Source: Candidatus Aminicenantes bacterium
GTDB lineage: Bacteria > Acidobacteriota > Aminicenantia > Aminicenantales > CAVYOD01
DNA: 64,000 nucleotides
Assembly: GCA_963701305.1 (NCBI GenBank)
Contig: OY969586.1
Location: forward strand, 1,865,509-1,929,508
Reading direction: 5' to 3'
Numbering within the stretch: the stretch's first letter is position 1; every line of letters begins with the position of its first letter. This document shows positions 57,450 to 64,000 of this stretch, one piece after another. The notes under the pieces were generated by a model. The model had not been told where the DNA came from and did no database searches. It was given only the letters and a program-made list of their open reading frames with translations. Both the position numbers and the translations under genes were made by a program.

Positions 57450-59501
57450 ATGATCAGGAAGAAAGGGATGATGCAGGGAATTTATCCAAAATATGCTTTC
57501 ATCTTCGTTTTCTTGGCGCTCTTCTTTGCCGCCTTTCAAAGCCAGAGTCTGGCAGCTGTCAACATTTCCAATTCATCGGGCCATGCCTCGTGGGCCCCAA
57601 GGATCGCATTGGACTCTCAGGGGAACATCTATGCCGTCTGGCTCGAAATTTATTCGGCGACCAGCGCAAGCGGCGATATCTTTTACACAAAATTCGATAG
57701 CCTGGATCAAAGCTGGAGCGCTCCCCTGAATTTGAGTCAATCGGGTGTGGCCGCGAGCTATTCTTACATGGCTTGTGATGTTGCCAGCGATAGCTCTGAT
57801 CGCATCTACGTCGTCTGGGCAGAAAGCAATGTGATCAAGCTGAGAATTCTTTCGGGGGGGGCTTGGGGCGGCTCGATCGTTGTCGCCAACTCATCGGGCT
57901 CGGATCATCCCAGGATTGGCGTGAGCTCGGACGGGGATCTCTTTATCATCTGGTGGACAACAAACGGGGTGGTCTATTCCAGGGCAAGAGTTGGGGGGAC
58001 ATGGGAAGGGACCAGGACTATAAGCAGAGCGGGAGCACGAGCCAAATTTCCTAACATTGCCGTAAGAGGAGGATCGGTTTTCGGGACTTGGGTCGAGAAG
58101 AGCGGGGACTACAAGGCGGTTTATGCCACGCGGAATTCCGGTCTCAATTCAGGTTGGAGTCAAAGCGAAGCGCTGCCGTCGTCCAAAGGATCGGACGAGC
58201 ATCCGGATGTCGTCATCGATACCAATGGGACGGCTCATTTCATCTGGACGCCCGACTTCGGCGGGACCAGAGCCGTCTGCTATACCTACCGCACGGGCAG
58301 CGGCTTCGGCCCTCTGCAATGGATTTCAGAGCAACAGATGCTGCACTACCCGAATCTCGTGGTCCAGGGCACGAGCCTCTATGCGTGCTGGCAGGTCGGA
58401 GCGTACGGCAATGGCTTGCGCGTCAATTATAATATCAGGCAGGGAGGGACCTGGACTGGGGAAACCCCAGTCTCTCAATCGGCTGGATCGACATTCTCTG
58501 ACATCGAGATCAGTCAGGGTGGGGAGAGCGTTTATTTTGTTTGGGAATCCCATGGAGAGATTTATTTCGCGTCGACGGGACAGACTCCGCCGCCACCTCC
58601 GTCAGGAAATCAGCCCCCTATTGCCGATTTTGGGTTCTCGCCGACAACCGGTCAATATCCTCTCGAGGTCACTTTTGACGGCTCTCTTTCCTATGATCCT
58701 GATGGGCGGATCGATTCCTATGCCTGGATTTTTGGAGACGGCGGCACCGGCACAGGGAAAGCCGTCAAACACACTTACAAGAAAAACGGCACATTCAGCA
58801 TCAAATTGACAGTCGCTGATGACAAGGGAATGACAGGAACTTATGCTCAGAAAATTACCGTTTTGAAGCCGAACACTCCTCCCGTCGCCGGGTTTGCCTT
58901 CTCTCCAACAACCGGGATCTGTCCCCTGGCCGTGAATTTTGATGCCTCGGCTTCGCGGGATCCTGATGGCAGCATCGTCTCTTTTGCCTGGAATTTTGGC
59001 GACGCCGGAACTGGTTCAGGCAAGCTCACCAATCACACTTATTCTAAACCCGGAACATTCGACATCCAGCTCACGGTGACCGACAACAGGGGAGGCACAG
59101 GAACGAAGACGAAGACGATCACCGTCCTGGCCCTTTATGGTCCGCTGGACGTGCGCTGGGAGACCGTTATCGATGAAAGCCTTTTTCAGTCTCGCCATGT
59201 CACCGAGGTCGTTTGGGCCAAGAATCCCAAAAATGACGCCATCGGCGCCCAGATCACCGGGTACAGGGTCTATCGCAAAGGAACTCAGGATCCCATCAGT
59301 TCGTACGCGCCGGTCAAACTCGTGGATGCCAATACGTTTTCTTACATGGATTTCGATGTCGAGGGGAAGGGCCTCTATTCTTACGTTGTGACGACGGTGG
59401 ACAGCCAGGGTCATGAGAGTCTGATTGGCAACACGGCCGGGAGGATCCTGGATTCGGTCAAGAGCCAGGAATCAGCCAGAAATCGGATCAAAAAATATTA
59501 G
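57450..59501 (+). CDS. Secreted beta-propeller protein with two PKD domains and an Fn3-like domain (paralog 3)
   Basis: Signal peptide. Same blade motif (DSQGNIYAVWLE, SDGDLFIIWWT, DTNGTAHFIWTP). Two canonical PKD modules (…FDGSLSYDPDGRIDSYAWIFGDG…). C-terminal GYRVYRKG Fn3-like domain. Confidence 0.75.
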   Translation: MIRKKGMMQGIYPKYAFIFVFLALFFAAFQSQSLAAVNISNSSGHASWAPRIALDSQGNIYAVWLEIYSATSASGDIFYTKFDSLDQSWSAPLNLSQSGVAASYSYMACDVASDSSDRIYVVWAESNVIKLRILSGGAWGGSIVVANSSGSDHPRIGVSSDGDLFIIWWTTNGVVYSRARVGGTWEGTRTISRAGARAKFPNIAVRGGSVFGTWVEKSGDYKAVYATRNSGLNSGWSQSEALPSSKGSDEHPDVVIDTNGTAHFIWTPDFGGTRAVCYTYRTGSGFGPLQWISEQQMLHYPNLVVQGTSLYACWQVGAYGNGLRVNYNIRQGGTWTGETPVSQSAGSTFSDIEISQGGESVYFVWESHGEIYFASTGQTPPPPPSGNQPPIADFGFSPTTGQYPLEVTFDGSLSYDPDGRIDSYAWIFGDGGTGTGKAVKHTYKKNGTFSIKLTVADDKGMTGTYAQKITVLKPNTPPVAGFAFSPTTGICPLAVNFDASASRDPDGSIVSFAWNFGDAGTGSGKLTNHTYSKPGTFDIQLTVTDNRGGTGTKTKTITVLALYGPLDVRWETVIDESLFQSRHVTEVVWAKNPKNDAIGAQITGYRVYRKGTQDPISSYAPVKLVDANTFSYMDFDVEGKGLYSYVVTTVDSQGHESLIGNTAGRILDSVKSQESARNRIKKY

Positions 59502-59576
59502 CTCTCCCTCCCCTTGCCTTTCGCCAAGGAGATTTTTTCGCACACCGTTATCCCACTGCGGCCAACGAATCGCGGC

Positions 59577-60230
59577 TCATTCCTTGGCGGCGAAAAAAAG
59601 GACGTGGGGATACCAATAGCCTTTGTCCAAGGAGATTGGTCTAACTCTAAATCCTACTCCCTCGAGCAGCCGGAGATATTCAGCCCTGCTCCGGAAACAA
59701 AATCTGTTCCCGTGCGTGAATCCGATGATCTTGACGGCCATGGTTTCCTGGAAGAGATTCCAGAGATATTTCCAGCGGGGCCGGGTATCCATATCTTTGA
59801 GTAGGAGCACTCCTCCCTTAGTCAAAGCCTGGTAACATTTGCGGAGCATGGCCTCCTGCCGGGAGGAGGGGATGAGATACAGAACATCGATCATGGCGAT
59901 GACGTCGCTCTTCGGATAATCCATATCCGTGATGTTAAAAACCCGGAATTCCAGACCGGGAATGTCTTTATGGACATCGCGGGCGGTCTTGATCTTTTTG
60001 GGGTCCAAGTCAAAGCCGAGAATCTCACGGGCGGGAGATCCCAGTTTGAGCAGGTTCGAAAAAACGCCGTTGCCGCAGCCTAGATCGATGACTTTTCCGG
60101 CAGGAGGAAAATAGGTCTCCATCGCCAGAAACGGGCAAATCTTGAGCTTGATCCGCAAATAGAGTTTTGTGGCCAGGCCACAGTTGTGATAGAGACGGAA
60201 GACTTCTTCTCGATTCAGCATCCGCCTCAC
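59577..60230 (-). CDS. Class I SAM-dependent methyltransferase
   Basis: Motif I VIDLGCGNG, post-I D, about 217 aa. ATGA-coupled to upstream asnB. Confidence 0.75.
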   Translation of the reverse strand: MRRMLNREEVFRLYHNCGLATKLYLRIKLKICPFLAMETYFPPAGKVIDLGCGNGVFSNLLKLGSPAREILGFDLDPKKIKTARDVHKDIPGLEFRVFNITDMDYPKSDVIAMIDVLYLIPSSRQEAMLRKCYQALTKGGVLLLKDMDTRPRWKYLWNLFQETMAVKIIGFTHGNRFCFRSRAEYLRLLEGVGFRVRPISLDKGYWYPHVLFFAAKE

Positions 60231-62137
60231 CTCAGATAGTGATCATACCAGAACTGGAAGATGATGAGCGGCCATAGCAACTGGCGATGATTGTGATTTC
60301 CTTCGAAGTGCTCTTTCATGATCTTCCCAACGTAGGCGGCATTAAAAAAACGGTGCTTTTTCAGGTTCTCAGGGGAGAGGACGGAGGCCACGAAATCCTT
60401 GAGGTCATCCTTGATCCAGACGCCCAGGGGGATGTCGAAACCTATCTTCTTCCTGCGGATGATTTCCCGTGGCAACCGGCGGCTCATTGCTTTCTTGAGG
60501 ATGTATTTGGAGGTCATTCCCTTGAGCTTGAGGGAGCTTGGGATCGTGGCGGCGAACTCGACGAAGGTGTAATCCAGAAAGGGGACGCGGATCTCGAGGG
60601 AATTGGCCATGCTCATCCGGTCCACTTTGACCAGGAGGTCGTCCTGGAGATAGAGCTTGAGGTCCAGGTAGGCCAGCCTGTCCAGGGTTTCGCTGGCTCG
60701 GCAGTTTCGAAGATGGAAGGCCACCGGGGAGTAGGCATCTTGGCCAAGCGCCTCCCTGAACTCCTCGGAGAAGAGGTCCTTTTTGGCGGCGGGAGTGAAA
60801 GCGCCCCACCAAACAAAATTGGCGATCTCGGGCGGGTATTCGACACCGGCGATGAATTTTTTCGCCTTGAACTCGAAGGAGAGCCTCTTCTTAGTGGCCG
60901 GCAGGAGCGAGACCAGGTTCTTGACGATTCCGGTCCTGATCAACCGAGGGACCCTGCGGTAGAGACGGGCCACCTTGTAAGCTTTATAGGTATCGTAGCC
61001 CGCGAAGAGCTCATCGCCGCCGTCCCCGGCCAGGGCCACGGTGACATATCGACGTGCCAGTTTGGAAATGATATAAGTTGGGATGATCGAGGCATCAGCC
61101 AGGGGCTCGTCCACATAGTTCATCAAGAGGGGAACCAGGTCTTTCACCAGGCTCGACTCGACGACGAACTCCCGGTGTTCGGTGCCGAAGCGCTGCGCGA
61201 TCGTCTTGGCGTAATCCAGCTCATCGAAGCTCTTTTCTTTGAAACCGATCGAGAAGGTCTTGATGGGAGACGATGCGCCCTCGCTCATCAACGACGTGAT
61301 CGAACTCGAATCGATCCCGCCGCTCAAGAAAACGCCGAGGGGGACATCACTGATGAGTCTCATCCGCACAGACTCCTTGAGCCGGCGTTCAATCTCCTCC
61401 GCAAATTCTTCTTCGCTCTTCGGGGGAGAAGGCTTGGGCTCAAAGCGAACATCCCAGTAAGGACGCAGAGTGACTCGGCCGTTCTCAAGGACGAGCATTT
61501 CACCTGGCTGGAGTTTCTGAATGCCTCTGAAGATCGTGCGCGGAGCCGGGACATATTCGAAGGTAAAATATTGCGAGAGGGCCTCCAAGTCGATCTCTCT
61601 CGGGCAGTCTGACTGAAGCAGCGACTTAATCTCCGAGGAAAAAAGGAGCTGGCTCTTGTACCTTAGGTAGTGAAGCGGCTTCACGCCCAACCGGTCTCGG
61701 ACAAGGATCAGTTTTTTTTTGGCCTTGTCCCAGAGGGCGATGGCGAACATCCCGTTGAGGTCCTGGACGAACGACTCTCCTTTTTCTTCGTAAAGGTGGA
61801 CGATGACTTCCGTATCGGTTTGCGTCCGGAAGGTGTGGCCCTTGTCCACGAGGCGCTTCTTCAATTCCGGGAAATTGTAGATCTCGCCGTTGTAGATCGT
61901 CCAGATCGATCCGTCCTCGTTGGACAGCGGCTGATGGCCGGTGACCAGGTCGATGATGCTCAGCCTCCTCATCCCCAGGGCGATCCGGTCGTCTCGATAA
62001 TAGCCCTCGTCGTCAGGGCCGCGATGGACCATCGCCCGGCACATCGCCCGGGTCAGGATTTCCGCGTCCGGGCCCAGTTCGCCAAAACCGCAGATTCCGC
62101 AGATGCCACACATCTCAGTTGGGCTCATTGTATCCAT
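60227..62137 (-). CDS. asnB: Asparagine synthetase (glutamine-hydrolysing) family amidotransferase
   Basis: N-terminal Ntn Cys (MCGICGF), SGGIDSS PP-loop. 636 aa. Confidence 0.88.
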   Translation of the reverse strand: MDTMSPTEMCGICGICGFGELGPDAEILTRAMCRAMVHRGPDDEGYYRDDRIALGMRRLSIIDLVTGHQPLSNEDGSIWTIYNGEIYNFPELKKRLVDKGHTFRTQTDTEVIVHLYEEKGESFVQDLNGMFAIALWDKAKKKLILVRDRLGVKPLHYLRYKSQLLFSSEIKSLLQSDCPREIDLEALSQYFTFEYVPAPRTIFRGIQKLQPGEMLVLENGRVTLRPYWDVRFEPKPSPPKSEEEFAEEIERRLKESVRMRLISDVPLGVFLSGGIDSSSITSLMSEGASSPIKTFSIGFKEKSFDELDYAKTIAQRFGTEHREFVVESSLVKDLVPLLMNYVDEPLADASIIPTYIISKLARRYVTVALAGDGGDELFAGYDTYKAYKVARLYRRVPRLIRTGIVKNLVSLLPATKKRLSFEFKAKKFIAGVEYPPEIANFVWWGAFTPAAKKDLFSEEFREALGQDAYSPVAFHLRNCRASETLDRLAYLDLKLYLQDDLLVKVDRMSMANSLEIRVPFLDYTFVEFAATIPSSLKLKGMTSKYILKKAMSRRLPREIIRRKKIGFDIPLGVWIKDDLKDFVASVLSPENLKKHRFFNAAYVGKIMKEHFEGNHNHRQLLWPLIIFQFWYDHYLR

Positions 62138-62213
62138 TTTCGATCAAAAACACTACCTTCGCCTGTCTTATCCCTCTCTTTATCTGATGTAAACGCGATA
62201 AGTAACTTGACAT

Positions 62214-62350
62214 GTTCAAGATTGCGCCCACGGCCACCCTCTGGCCCCCGGACCCCGAGGAACCAGTCCCGTCGGTTCCCCCGTCGGACATGCCGACGGG
62301 CCCCCCTCCGCTACGGGGTCTCAAGGGTGGCCGTGGGCGCAATCTTGAAC
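62214..62350. repeat. 137-bp element with perfect 27-bp terminal inverted repeats and a nested GC hairpin
   Basis: gttcaagattgcgcccacggccaccct (62214-62240) is exactly reverse-complemented at 62324-62350. The 83-bp C-rich spacer contains cccgtcgg-acatg-ccgacggg. Lies in the asnB/ydjC divergent region. Confidence 0.8.
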
Positions 62351-62400
62351 AGAAATGTCGCGTTTGTATTAGTCATCTCGTCATCCCGTCAAGAAAGAGA

Positions 62401-62476
62401 AAGCAGTAAGCTGTAAGCACTGAGCAGTGAAAGCCCAAATCAAATATTTTCTTACCGTTCACTCCTTACCCCTGAC
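62401..62476. repeat. Heptad-unit inverted-repeat element (copy G)
   Basis: aagcagtaagctgtaagcactgagcagtga … ttaccgttcactccttacccctgac. Shares the cttaccgttYactccttacc module with copy C. Confidence 0.7.
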
Positions 62477-62573
62477 TATCTTCTCGACGAGATGGACGTC
62501 TTTTTGTTGTTTTTTAGGTGAAAACTGGCATAAAATAAGCCGGGTTGGAGATAAAAAAAGCCCGAGATTCCGA

Positions 62574-63443
62574 TTGAGATCAGAAAAAAGAATCATCGTC
62601 AACGCTGATGACTTTGGGCTGAGCCGGGGCATCAATGAAGGGATCATCCTGGCCCACAGGAAGGGCATCCTGACGAGCGCCACCCTCATGGCCAACATGC
62701 CGGCTTTCGACCAGGCCGTGGATCTGGCCAGGCAAAATCCCGGGCTGGGAGTGGGGATTCACCTGAACATCCTCAGAGGCGCCCCCGTTTCTTCACCCGG
62801 CCAGGTGACCAGCCTGGTCGATCCGCAAGGCCTATTTTGGGGCCGCGTTTCCATCCTTATCAGGAAATTGATCTCCAGGAGTATCCAAGCCGAGGATGTC
62901 GAGAGGGAATGGCGGGCCCAGCTGGAGAAAATCTTGGCTGCCGGGATCAGGCCGACTCATTTTGACAGCGAGAAACATCTCCACACCTGGCCTCTCCTCT
63001 TCCGCACCGTCCTCAAGCTGGCCAAGGAATATTCAATCCCGCGTGTCAGATTCATCCGGGAATATTGCTGGTCCGGGTCTCCGGCCCAGATACTGAAATC
63101 TCTCGGGATCTCGCTCGCCTGCAGTTTTATGAAGAAGAAAATTGCCCGGAATGGTATAATGAGGCCCGATCATTTCTCGGGAATCTGCCGGAGCGGCGGG
63201 ATGACAGTGCAGCGGTGGGAGAAAATTCTGGCCAATCTTGCTGATGGTACCACCGAGGTCATGGTTCACCCGGGCTTCAAAACGGCGGAACTGGATGCCC
63301 TCCAGGGACTGACCGGCTCCTATTATATTCATAAATTCAGAGAGAAGGAGTTGGAGGCCCTGGTGGATGAAAGGCTGAGATCTCTGGTCCGGGCTTCCGG
63401 GATTCAACTCATTAATTTTAGCGGGCTGGACAAAGATGGCTAA
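62574..63443 (+). CDS. YdjC/ChbG/HpnK-family carbohydrate deacetylase
   Basis: N-terminal IIVNADDFG motif and conserved His/Asp residues. The ORF-track start (GTG at 62427) reads through repeat copy G; a TTG at 62574 is the more plausible start. Start uncertain. Confidence 0.75.
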   Translation: MRSEKRIIVNADDFGLSRGINEGIILAHRKGILTSATLMANMPAFDQAVDLARQNPGLGVGIHLNILRGAPVSSPGQVTSLVDPQGLFWGRVSILIRKLISRSIQAEDVEREWRAQLEKILAAGIRPTHFDSEKHLHTWPLLFRTVLKLAKEYSIPRVRFIREYCWSGSPAQILKSLGISLACSFMKKKIARNGIMRPDHFSGICRSGGMTVQRWEKILANLADGTTEVMVHPGFKTAELDALQGLTGSYYIHKFREKELEALVDERLRSLVRASGIQLINFSGLDKDG

Positions 63444-64000
63444 GACGAAAGACCTTCCCCAAGTCTCGATTGTCGTCCCATTTTTCAACGAGCAGGAGAA
63501 CATCGGGGAACTGTATGGTTCCCTGAAGCGGGTCCTGGACGGGTTGAAGATCAGCTACGAACTGATCTTCATCGACGACGGGAGCAAGGATCAGACCTAC
63601 TCAACTCTCGTCGGATTGTTTAATAGAGATGAAAACGTGCGGATCATCAAGCTAAGAAAGAATTTTGGCCAGACAGCCGCCCTCCAGGCGGGGTTCGATG
63701 ATGCCCGGGGGGAGATCATCATCTCCATGGATGGTGACCTTCAGCACGACCCCAGTGATATCCCGGCCATGCTGGAGAAGATGAAGGACGGTTATGATAT
63801 TGTCAGCGGTTGGCGCAAGAGGCGAGTGGATAACTTTTTTCTCCGCAAGCTCCCTTCTCTCCTGGCGAACCGCATGATGAGAAAACTCTCTGGAGTCCAG
63901 ATCCATGATTTCGGAACGACCTTCAAAGCTTATAAAAAAGATGTGATCAAGAGCGTACGTCTCTACGGTGAGCTCCACCGTTTCATCCCCGCTCTCATCA
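63436..64000 (+). CDS. GT2 polyprenyl-phosphate glycosyltransferase (ArnC/GtrB-like), 5' portion; runs off window end
   Basis: MAKTKDLPQVSIVVPFFNE…IFIDDGSKD…SMDGDLQHDP: GT-A DxD and ArnC/GtrB-type N-terminus. No stop before the window end. Confidence 0.8.
   Translation, partial: MAKTKDLPQVSIVVPFFNEQENIGELYGSLKRVLDGLKISYELIFIDDGSKDQTYSTLVGLFNRDENVRIIKLRKNFGQTAALQAGFDDARGEIIISMDGDLQHDPSDIPAMLEKMKDGYDIVSGWRKRRVDNFFLRKLPSLLANRMMRKLSGVQIHDFGTTFKAYKKDVIKSVRLYGELHRFIPALI

Noticed and set aside
62427-62573. ORF-track start of the YdjC gene at 62427 (GTG)
   Set aside because: That start lies inside repeat copy G and adds about 50 non-conserved residues before the canonical IIVNADDFG N-terminus. A TTG at 62574 is more plausible.
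1-64000. tRNA, rRNA or other classic ncRNA genes
   Set aside because: No T-loop/GTTCRANYC-type motifs with flanking acceptor stems were found in any intergenic gap. The non-coding gaps at 4624–4772, 18397–18500, 29178–29368, 34929–35294 and 57305–57449 appear to contain promoters only, and the remaining gaps are occupied by the repeat elements listed. Gaps were checked by eye only.

Overview
This window is a GC-rich (~57-58%) chromosomal segment from a diderm (Gram-negative-type) bacterium. The lineage cannot be placed from sequence alone. The calls below rest on recognised sequence motifs and conserved gene order, not on database searches. About the first 39 kb is conserved housekeeping synteny: leuS-lptE-holA; rpsT; dtd; a riboflavin operon (ftsY-ribD-ribE-ribBA); recJ; the lptC/A-lptB-rpoN-hpf-ptsN-hprK-rapZ-EIIA(Man)-ptsH-ptsI regulatory cluster; ssb; a complete tolQ-tolR-tolA-tolB-pal-cpoB cluster; a YprA/MrfA-type helicase divergent from uvrA; holB-ricT; an ECF sigma/anti-sigma pair; an HD-GYP phosphodiesterase; and ftsK. 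From about 39.3 kb to the window end lies an accessory-looking cell-envelope glycoconjugate island. It holds two GT-C (ArnT/PMT-like) glycosyltransferases, two GT2 polyprenyl-phosphate sugar synthases, a GT9 heptosyltransferase, a B12-binding radical SAM enzyme, a radical SAM-SPASM enzyme, two SAM methyltransferases, an AsnB-type amidotransferase, a YdjC/HpnK-type deacetylase, three paralogous secreted beta-propeller proteins with Fn3/PKD domains (one fused to an SGNH esterase), an AMIN-domain outer-membrane beta-barrel, and rsmA/ksgA embedded in the middle. The most unusual non-coding signal is a family of intergenic elements built from tandem 7-nt units (GTGAGCR / GTRAGGG). These are usually arranged as inverted arms (REP/MITE-like) and occur at at least seven loci in 64 kb. 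Two copies bracket ftsK; one of them encloses an AT-rich core with perfect TATAAT boxes and a T-run hairpin. A separate 137-bp element with perfect 27-bp terminal inverted repeats sits upstream of the YdjC gene. No rRNA, tRNA or CRISPR array was seen.
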